DNA from: Moniliella sp. 'wahieum'
Lineage: Eukaryota
Direction: 5' to 3'
Length of the DNA: 64,000 nucleotides
NCBI GenBank assembly: GCA_003971905.1
Contig: RSEE01000060.1
Location: 124,001 to 188,000 of the forward strand
The notes under the pieces were generated by a model. That model ran no database searches and was not told the DNA's origin. It worked only from the letters and a program-made list of their open reading frames with translations. A program made the translations under genes and the position numbers. Below, in pieces: positions 1 through 11,193 of this stretch. Within the stretch, counting starts at the first letter, position 1, and each line of letters starts with the position of its first letter.

Positions 1-482
1 GCACACGCACAGGGGGTGCGCGGTTGCGGCGGTCAACACGCGAGCGAACACGCACCGTCTTCGAGTGAATGGCGCAGGAAACGCAGTAGTGGACCTTGTT
101 GTACAGCTTGGGCAAGGTGTACTCGGCGTACACCGAAGCCTCGCTCATGTCACGCACAGCGGCGGCCTCCACCACGTTACGGACGGTGAAGCGCTTGATC
201 GCCTTGTCCTTAGGAACGGCGCGGGAGCAGTTCGAGCAGCGAACAAAGTTGACATGGCCACGGCCGTGCTTGTTGCGGCCACCGTTCCTGCGTTAGTCGT
301 CACTGGCAAAGGGGAAATCAATCAGTACACAGGACAAAAAACAGCCCGACACATCGTGACGGGAAGAACATTGCACTTGAAGGACGCAGCAGGCGGCGGG
401 ATACGCCCATTGCGAATAGGAGAGCATCCTCACGCGCACAGGCACACATTGTCACCCCATCAAGAGGAAGGCGGGACTCACT
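1..482 (-). CDS. RPS26: 40S ribosomal protein S26 (eS26), 3' end runs off the window
   Basis: Manual minus-strand translation from 302 gives (M)TT(K)[85 protein letters not shown], which is the eS26 signature. Putative intron 303-481 (GTGAGT...TTTGCCAG). One base appears missing in the Lys4 codon. Confidence 0.95.
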
Positions 483-844
483 CTGGGCAAAGAGGATCAA
501 CTTGCTGTTGGCGAGCTAGCAGATGGGACGAACGCGGCTGTGTAGGGCAGCGCCCTGGTTTCCGATGGACGCCTGGGGCAACAATAGGGTTGGCGCAGGG
601 TTGGCGCAATAAAATGTCCTTCGTACCAGTGTTAGGTAATCCACACTCCCCCATCGCTTCAGGGGTTGTTTTAAAAAAAAACCTCGCTCGATGACCGCAG
701 CACCTGCGAGGGGCGGAATGGAAAAGGCCAGCCATTCGCTTGCTCCACCTTCTCCATGGCGAACACGGTGTTTATGTTGCACGTAACACACACTGAGGGG
801 TAGAACAAATCAGTATCCCATATCCCAGCGTCGAAACAAAAAAA

Positions 845-941
845 TGCTTCAAAGGGGAATCGAACCCCTGTCACATCGATGTCATACGAAGGCTGGCCCC
901 GTGCTTGGCAACGATGTAGTATACCACTAACCCATTGAAGC
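845..941 (-). tRNA. tRNA-Gly(GCC) with 26-nt intron (880-905)
   Basis: Minus strand GCTTCAA-TGGGTTAGTGGTATACTA-CATCG-TT-GCC-A[intron]T-CGATG-TGAC-AGGGG-TTCGATT-CCCCT-TTGAAGC-A. Acceptor, anticodon and T stems pair, the intron sits at the canonical 37/38 position, and a T7 Pol III terminator follows (838-844). Confidence 0.93.
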
Positions 942-1575
942 TTGTGCTATTCTTTTGAACGCACCAGTTTCGCACATGCGTGCAAACGTACAAATTATCT
1001 TAGCTGCGCACTACAAAGCTCACACCCCCAAAGCCGACACTCAGTACTCAGTCTAGATCACAACGCTCAAGCTCAACCCTCTCATTCTCCGTCAAACGTG
1101 ATGATCGAGATCAGTATATGCCCCTCTGTGGTCATCCCGCCATATCTCAGCAGGGCTTACATTCGCAGTTTCTTCAATCGGCATCCACTGGCACTGCCTT
1201 TCTTGCTTTCCTCCTCCGGGTAGTCTATGTGGTTGTGTATCGTCGTTCCTCGCCTTTCGGCGGCTTCTTAATCTCCTCTGTCGCCTCTTCAATTTATAAG
1301 CCTTCTCCTCCATCGCACTTTTGCAACTCTACACAATCTCTAAAATTATCAACAATGCCACCCCCTGTTGCACCTCTCGTGTCCCATCAGCTCACGTCTT
1401 GTGCTTCTCTATGATTTCTCGTTTTCTTTAACAGAGTAAAACAACTCCATCGCGTTAGCGCACGTCATAAAGAAAAGGAGAACGATGACAAGTTCTTGAC
1501 ATTGAGTGGTCTCCTTCTTCTCACCCTTCCCCTCCTTCAATTTCACGGGCCAGGGGGGAGATAAGTCTACCACTG

Positions 1576-2112
1576 TCAGCACAAACCGGGGCTCACATCG
1601 GCGCTGAAGCGCTGAAGTCTCGTCAACACTTGAGACCCCCCGTCATCTCCGTAAGCAGAAAGCAGATGACATGCAGTGGATGCAATGAGAGAGGGGGGAG
1701 AACCGATGTGCAAATACAATAAGCACCCCGAACGTACCCAGAACGAGCACAGGATGATGTAGCGAACTACGGCACGTCTGTAACGGGGTGGCTGGCTTCC
1801 CAGGCGGAGACCTTCCCTGCCCATCGGAGAAAAGACTCACGGAGGACTGAACGCGTTTCAGATCCAAAGTCCAAGGCTCATTGGAGTGAACGTAGGAGGG
1901 TCGAGAGTGATGCTTTGCTGTGCGTCGAGCAAAGCCTGAACAGCGGTCTGCGAGCAGAGGTTGCGTGTGTAGGGGCTGGACGCGAAAGCGGGGAGCTCCG
2001 ATATGGGCGAGGGAGGGCGAGCGAGCTGATCGAAAGGTGTTCCTTCTAAAAGTGGAGTGCCTAGAAGAAGGGTGAAGGGGAAAGAATGGTCGGCGGCTTC
2101 GGCCATCATCAT
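1576..2112 (-). CDS. possible small hypothetical protein
   Basis: ATG run preceded by CTATAAAA (about 2133-2140) and a pyrimidine-rich leader. ORFs 1858..2127 and 1643..1867 join by a frameshift, and there is a GTACGT donor-like site at 1737. No family recognised. Confidence 0.25.
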
Positions 2113-4610
2113 TGGATCTAAGAACAAGCTGGTTTTATAGAAGAGAAGGGGAACAAGGGAAGACCAAGAGGTCTACAGTGTAAAAGGGGAAACGAGTCAA
2201 AGGGAAGAAAGGGGACCAAGCGCGAGAGGGACGAGGAAGAGACGAGACGAGGGTCAAGGGCAAAGTGGACCCGAGGTGAGAAACGAGACGAGAAACCGAG
2301 TGGAAAACAATTGTGTGGTGTTTTGGATTTTAGACGAGGGCGAGCGGAGAAACGATGATTGTTGTGGGTTTTGTAGATAGAAAGAGTCCGAGTCACGATA
2401 GGGAAAGAAGCCGAGAAGCCACAGCGACGATAAGGAAGCGGAGGCGGCTGTGCAAGGGAGCTCAGTCGTCGCCCCGTGACAACGTCCATCCACGGAACGT
2501 CTTTATGGGACCTCTGTCGCCGCTGCCCTATGACTCCTTTTGCTTGATGCCAATAAAAGGAGTGGGTGTTTGGAACGCAAAAAACACCATACACTACGGA
2601 CGTCCAAAACGTTCCACATTCGACATTTGGTGATTGGCCTGTTGTGTAACTCGCGTTTAGTGCATTGCATGGAAAATGTATACACGATATGGGGCGTGAC
2701 TTTCATTTCTCTAATGTTACAGAGTCGCTGTTGTCCCAGTTGTGTGTTAAGGCGAAGGTTAGACGGAAAAGATTATGCGGTTTGTAACTAGGGTCCATCA
2801 ATTACTATGTCCCACAGAAGGATTACCGCTTGGAGAGAAGTCTATGGTGTTGGAGTGTGTATATATGATCATAAAGAAGAGGGCACCGATCACAGTCCAG
2901 TCCTAGATCGGCGTCCACAAATTCTTCTCTACACTTTCTTCCCTCTGAGTGTGATTGAAGTTCCACACCCCCTCTCTCCACCACCACATTCGACCTGTTG
3001 TTGGCTATACGTTTAGTGTGTGTACACAGAAGGCTGGCCATTACCGGGAAACGCAAAAGTGTGTACTTACGTGTGCATGTGTACTGTGTGAAGAGGTTGG
3101 GAAGCATCAAACATGACACGATAATAGTGTCAAAGTCATATCTTATGCTAGGGGGCTCCCTTCGCCCGTTATAAGCCTGTGTCGGTTCAAATAACCTACT
3201 AGGAAACGAGAGTGACAGTATAAACGCAACACGGAACTGACTGTGGAGAAGCGCGAGAGAGACCTGTTTTTTATTCATATCATTTTTACACAGCTTAAGC
3301 CTGGGACAAAGAAACGCCGAGTCTATCAAGGTTCACTCACCCGGCGTGTGCTGCTTCTGTTCATTCCAACCCAATTAGGAGTCAGTGGAGAAGAGTCGCT
3401 ATAGCAGGCCGAAATCCTGTGACTGCCAATCCGGATGTATGTGTAGAGTCATGAATGCGAATGTGTGTGGTTTATATATGTGTGCGATGATCTATTATGA
3501 GGCTTGAAGTTAGATGGCTTGAGGCAGCTTCAATGAGACTCCACTATGTGAATCAAGGCTTTTCCAGCACTCAAACGTGTTCTTTTTTTGACCGTCTTGG
3601 TATGGCAGTACCCGGGCGTGGTCAGACCAGGGGGAAGAATGACTCTCCTCTTCTTGAGCGCTTTCATGTGGGTCTTCACATTCCGCTTGTTCCAACAGTA
3701 GATGCACGCAGCTCCTTCTCGCTCTGTTCCGCAGACGTTTTGCGGTTGCCTTTTGTGTATACCACCTTCCGTCGGTACGCAGCAGCCATATTATGCATGA
3801 CCTCCTTCTTTGAAACCGAATCCCTCTCAAAGCGTGTGGTCCACATTCATTCCGGATCCTCCAAACGCCCCTGGGCCCATCATGTACAACTCACAGTGGT
3901 CTTGTGCGGACGGGCACGGGCGCCCGAGTGATTCCTCCGGGTTCCGTTCCCAGTCCGGCGCGTTCCGCTTTCTCTTCTTGTCATCCATCTGTTTACACCT
4001 CTGTCTGTCTGCGCTGCACCAGCACAATTAAAGTCTATAGTACGGTCGGTATTCCGGCCTTCCTCACACGCTGCGTCTTGTCCTTTCTCCTTTCCATCTA
4101 CAGCTGCGGCACGCTGAGAACACGTGTGGGGTCCCGGACGGATCGCAGGAGCTGGAGGATATGGTCCGTCACACACTACCCTCGGGGAACGCACGAAGAA
4201 TTGGATTGAGGGGGGTGCTAATGCGATAATGCCAAGATGTGCTCAATCGATAGCATCGATAACATCAGACCACACTTGCACTTGTTGCGCGAAGAACGGC
4301 ACGGAGGGTATACGCTGGCGTACGACGGAGCTGGAGAGGCCAATCTGAATCAGTTTCCCTTGTCGGTGATGGGCTGGCTTGTGACACTTGATGGCTGCTG
4401 TGGCATTGAAGAGGGAAGCCAATAGTAGTTGAACCTATTGCCTCTCAACAACCGTATTGCGACCATCCGCCTCGTACAAACGGTTATACGTGCCGTTCTT
4501 AGGAGGCCGCCATTTAATGACAAGGTATCGGCGGTGTGGTAGCGCCTGAGGATGTCATCGATTGCCATCGTGTCTTCTGATGTCATCGTCAGACACTCTG
4601 CGTTGCAAGT

Positions 4611-7160
4611 TACATGTTACACGTCAGCGGTACACGTCACACGTCCCATCCCCAGAATGTCACACGCACTGTCTGGGTCCGGTGAGAAAGATGCATGATG
4701 TATGATGCATGATGCCATTGTATCCAACAGGCAACTGGAGTGGCTACTGCGTCGGCCGTTGACGCGTTGACGTTTGAAATTTGACGCGTGACGCCCTTGA
4801 CGCTCTGTGCCGATGGGTGTGGCTGAGGAAGCCAGGGTCGTCAGGGACACGAGTGCCGGTCTGGGCCGGCGTACCGCGACCAATGATTATCGATTATCGA
4901 TTATCAATGACCCGGGTGCCATGTGAGCATGTGAGCGCTGAGCATGTGAGCGTGCCTGTACGCAGGACTTGCCAGGAGAAACGAGCGAGCCGCGCTGAGG
5001 TGGCGCAGCGCGTTCAACCTGGGCAGCGCCCAGGCGCTCGGAGTGTTGGTTCAGTACGTTGAGCGTTGAACTTGGGCCGGCTTGAGCACGTTGAACACGT
5101 TGATGCGTTGACGCAGTTGGTGGTGCGTTGGCGTTGAACGTTGATATATGATAGCTAGTACGTGCTGGTCTGTCTTCCGACGGGATATCCGATACTCGAT
5201 CTCAACAGATCTCTACGTCAATAACGTTCAGCTCGATCTGAGATTTAGACGTTGAACCCATCCCAGATCTCAACGATCTCAATTTCTCTCTCAACCCACC
5301 GTAGCTTGAAGCTTGAAGCTTGACCGGTGACCGGCTTGACGCGTGACGCGTGACGCGCGCCGTGAGACGGCGTGACAACGTGACAGCATAACGGCGTGAT
5401 CGGGTGATCGGTCGATGACCAGTGCCGTTGGCCAGGAACGACGGGCAAGCATACCGCACACCTCGAACTGTCGCGTGTGCGCCATGTTTCGTTCTTATTT
5501 TGCCGGGCAACACGGTGAACTAGGCAAGCCAGGATGTGCCAGTGCAGGCCAGCGCCTGAGGCTTGAAGCCTCCCCAAATGTGGAATCTGGGTAGGGTGTG
5601 CGTCTGGTGCCGCATATGGTGGATGGCGTTTGGCGTTTCTCTCAGCCGCTCAGCGTCACGCGTTACCGGCTCAGCTTAGCGCTTAACCAAATTAATCAAT
5701 GGCGGATACAGGTGGTCACCGGTCAGAGGTCAAATATCGATCTATCGGCGAGAGATATTCGTTGAACGTTGAATGTGGAACGTGGAACTAATTAATTCGA
5801 TGCAGGCGCGCGTGGCCCTGTGGGGCTACGCCGTGCTACGCCCCCCGGCGCCACATGCCCAATCTGGATAGTAGCGGGTCAGCGGCTGAGCGCTGAGCCT
5901 GAGCGTGCAAGCAGAGCAGATGCAAGCGCCAAGCCGAAACAGAGCCCGGGGCGGATGCTGCGCGCTGGAATCTGGAATCGCATGTGAGTGAGATGGTGAC
6001 ATCTAAGACCAAGGTCTGACATATCACTGTGACATGTGCCGCTCTAGACGCTCCAAGCCGAACCTGCCGCCCCCATGTTCACCGGTCACCCGCTCACGCG
6101 TTCGCCTGCTCACGCTCACGCTGCTGAACAGCGACTAGCGACCAGTGCCGCATTGCATGATGCATGATGCATGATGGATGGTGCATGGTGTGATACCACG
6201 CCGTTGTATATTCCTAACTTGGGACCTGCGACAGGTAAAGCTGTAAATGTAAAGCTTGTAAAGCTTGAAGCTTGAAGGCTTGAAGCTTCACTTGAAGGGT
6301 TACCGGTTACTGGTTACCTTACCGGTTGGGCCGATGATCGAAGATCGATGACTAGGATGCCTAGCATCTAACAACTCGCATACCACAATCTCCCATGCCA
6401 CCGGCCCCACCAGGCTACCAAGGTTACCCGCGTCACACGTCACATGTCACATGTCACAGGCCGTGAAGGGTATATCACGCTCGTAGCACACTCTCGCACA
6501 CTCCCTCACTGCGTTTGAACTGGCATGGCCACCACTCTCGCGCCCTTTGCCCGGCTGGCGAATGCATTCCCAGAAGTGCGACACTGCTCTCCACCTGTCA
6601 CATGCTATGTCACACTCACACGTCATCCGTCCCATATTCCCGGTTCCCTGTATAGGTCACTGCTTAGTACTTAGTACTTAGTATTTACTAGTCACTGGGT
6701 CAGGCCGGTCTCTGGCCGCCGCCTGCTGCCGCTCGCCTCAAGCTTCAAGCTTCAAGTGCGGTCACCGGTCACCGTTTGCTTCTCAGAATCTCAGATCTCT
6801 CGGATCTGAGATTCGAGAGCACACGCTCCATCGCAGCCTGGTGGGGCAGGCTGACGCGCAGCCGAGGGCAATGCGGGTTAAGGAACGTTCCTGGCTGGCG
6901 GCTGCTGCCTGCTGCGGGCTCCCCGCCCCCGGGCAGGGTTCAGTGTTCGGCTTGCCCAGCGAGGCGGCAGGCACCAGGCAAGCATCATGCACCGCACGTC
7001 AGGTATCCGTGCATCAGCCACAGACGCACCCGGGCAGCCGAACCCATGCGCGCACTGGGCTACTGCGCCTGCCGGGCCGCCTGTGGATTGCCGGGCGCAT
7101 GTGCTTGTCCGTGCATGATGCATGATGCATGTCAGCCGCTCAGCGCTCAGGCTGAGCCTC
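4611..7160. repeat. dense cluster of short 7-nt-period palindromic arrays (TNA-flanked 6-bp palindromes)
   Basis: Examples: (ATGCATG)n 4691-4715, 6154-6176 and 7112-7131; (GATTATC)3 4885-4905; AAGCTTG/ACCGGTG/ACGCGTG chain 5303-5357; (CTTAGTA)3 6663-6683; TCAAGCTTCAAGCTTCAAG near 6738-6756; GTCACATGTCACATGTCAC near 6439-6457. Confidence 0.9.
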
Positions 7161-9135
7161 ACGCTCCCGCATCGCCGCCCGCAGTGCGCTCCAGTGCCGC
7201 TCAAGCCGCGCCCTGCCCTGCCTTTTCACCCATCCTGCCGCGCTTCCCACGGGCTCAGCCAGGCCCAGGCCCAGGCCCAGCTGCCCAGCTTAACCACCGC
7301 TGCGCCTCGCTCCCTCTTGTCGTGCCCACCGCCACCTCCCCCGCTGCTGCTGCCATGGTTGCCACCTCCCACCCCGCCCCACACGCCCTTCCCTCCGCCG
7401 CCGCCTCACCCACCCCACCTCAGCCTCAGCCTCCGCCTCCGCCTCCAGCTCCTCGGCTCGCGTGCGCAGCTCCACCACCACCGCCGCCTCCGTGCCCCTT
7501 CTGGCACCTGTCCCCCGTCGGGCCTCCTTCATCCACCGCCCCAAGGTCATGCGTTCCCATGCCGCCTCCGTTCCCTCCAGGCCCACCACCCCGTGCACCC
7601 AACTGGCTGCCTCGCTCCAGAATGTGAGCTTGCACGCCCCCCTCCCGGCTCCACCGGTCGTACGCCCATCAGCGCCCCTTCGCCCACTGCCCCCCCGCCG
7701 CCCGTCGTTGGAATCCGCTTCGCTTCCTTCGTTTTGATTGACTGCGATGGCCACGGACCTACCCCACCCCGGACGCCGAGGCATCGTTCCAGCCTGTGGT
7801 CTGCCTGTCCCCTACACTGCTTCACCCATCCCAACTCTCCGCTCTCCCGTTTTTCCCCCCCGCTCATACCTACCTGTACCATCAGCGCTTGCCTACCCCA
7901 CCGCCACGCCCCCTGCCAAGGACTCCTCCCCGCTCCCCCATTCCTCGCTCCTGCACACGAAACCCATTGGCAGCAGCCTTTTCCGCACCACGGTCCACCA
8001 CGCCTGTTCCTGGGCAAGTACTGGGCTTGGAACTGGGCTGCCCTGCCCCCTGGGCGCACCTCGACGTACGTGCTTGATGGTCTTCCCGCTTTTCCACATA
8101 CAGAAGTGATCCCAAGCCCTGGGCCGGGCCATCCTGCTCCTTACCACGTACAAACGACGGGAGGACACAAGACACAAGGACCATTCTCCTTATCCTCCTT
8201 TGCCCGTTCGTTTCTCGTTCGTCGGGGCATCTACCCCTGCTTTTTGTTTACGACTTCTTCCTCTATTCCCTTCCCCCCCCCTCCCCTTCACCTCTGTGCC
8301 CACGAGCCACCCACTGTCTGTACAACTGTTTTTTTGCCTTGGTAGTGGCCTTGACTTGGCCCTACCTGCTGTACAACTCATACCATGCGTGCCCTATCCG
8401 GCTCAATGACTGCTTTCCTAGCCTCTTCTTTCGGCTCTCAGTGCATATAGATGGCATCGACCTAGGATTGATTGGCTAACGAGGGCAGGGGAGGGGAGAG
8501 TGCGCTACGCACTATGTCCGTTATGGCGACCGATAGGCACGAGTGGTAGGTATGACAGACGGTGACCGGTGAGGCCCTAATGAGAGAAAGGAAAGAGGGC
8601 GAGGATTATGGGAGAATGATGCATTTCTGAATCGATTCGTGCACAATTAGTAGGTAGAGGGAGTTCCTGGTTGTGCCTACCAATTGGTGCATTGGCTGAG
8701 CAAGGGCGTAGTGGGGGACGAGCGCGGCTGGTGCAGCTGATGAAATGAGGAAGTCCCTTTGAGCAGGGTGCGAACCGCATGGTCCCAAGAAACGAGAGAG
8801 AGCGACAGGTGGTGCTGATTGCCGTGCGGAAGCAGTCGGCAGCGACAGAGCGGCCGTCGTAACATGACAGGGGGACGGGAGGACACCCAATGTGATGAAC
8901 CTTTCAAAGCCTAAACGGGGGTCACGTGCCGCGGGTTCTGATGCATGATGAATGAGCATGAGCGGAAGTCGCTCTTCGGCGGGGTTCCGCCGATTTTCCA
9001 TTTTAGTCGCCGAGCGCGGACGCGACGACCGGTCGCGACCAACCCCCACCACCACCACTCCCGCCACTCCCGCCACTCCCGCCACTCCCGCCATCCCGCC
9101 ACTGCCAACCACTCTTGTCGCTGTTGTTTGTCGTC

Positions 9136-10191
9136 ATGGCTACCTACCTGCCAGCATCTACGGCACGGAGCAGGACCGCGCCAACTGCTCTTTCCACCAG
9201 AAGATCGGTGCTTGCCGCCATGGGGCGCGGTGTGGGCGCAAACACATTCGTCCGCTCTTTAGCCCTACGGTGCTCATCTCCAACGCATACCGCAACCCGC
9301 GTTACGCCACCACCTTTCCCCAGGGCGGCCCGGCGAGTGGCAAAGACCTTCAGGAACGCTTCGACCAGTTCTATGCCGATTGGTATGTTGAGCTCTCCAA
9401 GTACGGACGCTTACTCGAGCTACACGTTTGCGACAATGTCGAGGACCATCTGTTGGGCAATTTGTATGCCCGTTTTGAGTGGGAAGACGAGGCGCAACAC
9501 GCTTTGGAGGCCATCAATGGTCGCTGGTACGATGGTACGTTCTATGCTTCAGACTTCTCTTTTCTGTATTCTGTGGTCTCTGTTGTGTTGTGTTCTGGTT
9601 CAGGGGTGGGAGAGCAACAGGTACTGACCGATTTTTTGCTTTGGTCGGTCTAGGTCGTCCCATCTTTGCCGAACTGCTCCGGTAACTGACTTTCGCGAGG
9701 CGTGTTGCCGGTCGTACGAGATGGGCAACTGCTCGCGCGCTCGCCAGTGCAACTTTCTTCACTTGATGCGCCCTTCGGCGGGAGTGGAACGGACGCTGCG
9801 AATGGAAGCGGCGCAAGAGGCGTACGAGCGACAGAAGGACGATGCGCGGTTGGATCAGGCGTTGCGCACGGCTGCGTCGCCGTCGCCTCGCAAGCACGAG
9901 CAAGACGCCTCTTCCGCCACAGATCGGCATTGGCATCGGCATCGGCTCCACTGGATGGAAAGAACGGATCGAACGCTTGTCTGGCCCACGGCAAGCCGAA
10001 GAACCGGACCAGCCGTTTGCCCCGTTACCCCAAGACGCACTGTGGCGCCAAGGCCCTTCTGGCGGCGACTGGCGCTTGCCGTGTCCGCGTCCGCGTCCGC
10101 GCCAGCGTCAGCGCCTACACCTGCGCCTGCGCCTGCGCCTTCTTCTGCCTCTCCACTGCCCCCTGCCCCTGTTGCTGCGTCGGTAGCATGA
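9136..10191 (+). CDS. U2AF1: splicing factor U2AF small subunit (U2AF35/U2AF23), CCCH-UHM-CCCH
   Basis: MATYL(A)[34 protein letters not shown]... then VCDNVEDHLLGNLYARFEWEDEA...NGRWYDG, intron 9535-9653 (GTACGT..CTGAC..TAG), then RPIFAEL.PVTDFREACCRSYEMGNCSRARQCNFLHL. Several frameshifts; C-terminal end approximate. Confidence 0.93.
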
Positions 10192-11193
10192 TGCGTTGGT
10201 TGTTGACATTGGATTGGGATTGAATCGTGGCGAGAGAGGCTGCTGGAACTGTGGGTGGGGAGTTGGAGCGATAGAGGGAAAGCAAGGGCGAAGCAGGAGA
10301 TTCAGGTGCAGGACGTAGTAGAACAGGTTGGAACGACTTCTGGAACAGCTGTCCAATAGCGTTTTGAGAAGCGGGCTTGGTATTCCTTGGTTAGACCTCA
10401 GTCGGACTGGTTCCCATAGTCTACCGGTTGCATGTATTGCACGACTGCTGCCCCATCGGATGTTGACCCCTCCGTCACTGGGTTTCCTGGATCCTGAAGA
10501 ATGGAATGGAATGGGCTGGTTCCGTCTGATATGATTAAGCGTTGGATTTCGACGTATGCCCTCAGGTTCTCTTCCCTAGTCTTGAATGAGAGGGGAAGGA
10601 GAGGGAGGGTAGAGCTGAGGCGAACATGAATGTTCTTGTTCGTCGATGAGAGCGTTGGGCTCCCGTCAGCTGCCTGGGTGGACCACAATCGTTGGCTTTT
10701 TTCGCATACTCAGCTTGGTTGCCTTTGGCTTAATTGTCTTAGCTCTTGGTCGAGTTCAGAGCCGGGCGAAAGGGAGGGGGGGGGGGGGACCTAAGTAGCC
10801 AAGTTTGATGGGCTTCTTATCCTCTCGCTTTATCCTGAGATGGACTGGCAGAAACGTCCACACGAGGGGGCTATATAGGTCTGTCCCTTGCGACTTCTAC
10901 AATCGTTTCTCAGCCCGCTCTCCCGCTTACCAAAATCACCACCCCAAAGACGTGTCTCGAAAACGTGTAGAAGCACTAGGATTACTAAATAGGATTAAAC
11001 ACTAGGATTGACAAAGCTTCTCTATACAGGATCTACTGTTGCGGACATACAGTGTAGACGCACATCAAGGGAGAAACGAAACGTGCGGTATACAATCGTA
11101 AGACGCCCCAGCGCTTTGGCGGGATGGGGGGGGGTGCAACAAACAAAGCACCTAGCCTCACAGCCACACAGAAGGGCGCCAGTAAGAATCCGC

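Noticed and set aside
5303..5357. Runs of HindIII, AgeI, MluI, BglII, NsiI and ScaI sites resembling a synthetic polylinker or vector contamination
   Set aside because: The sites are tandemly repeated, degenerate, dispersed through native promoters and almost limited to A....T hexamers. No vector, marker or origin sequence is recognisable.
4611..7160. CRISPR-like or telomeric array
   Set aside because: There is no constant 23-47 nt repeat with unique spacers, no cas genes and no (TTAGGG)n tract, and the context is eukaryotic.
6776..8345. Long Pro-rich ORFs (6776..7627, 7122..8345) as genes
   Set aside because: Low-complexity C-rich sequence is open in several frames with no recognisable domain. 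A small gene from ATG about 7354 cannot be excluded but is unsupported.
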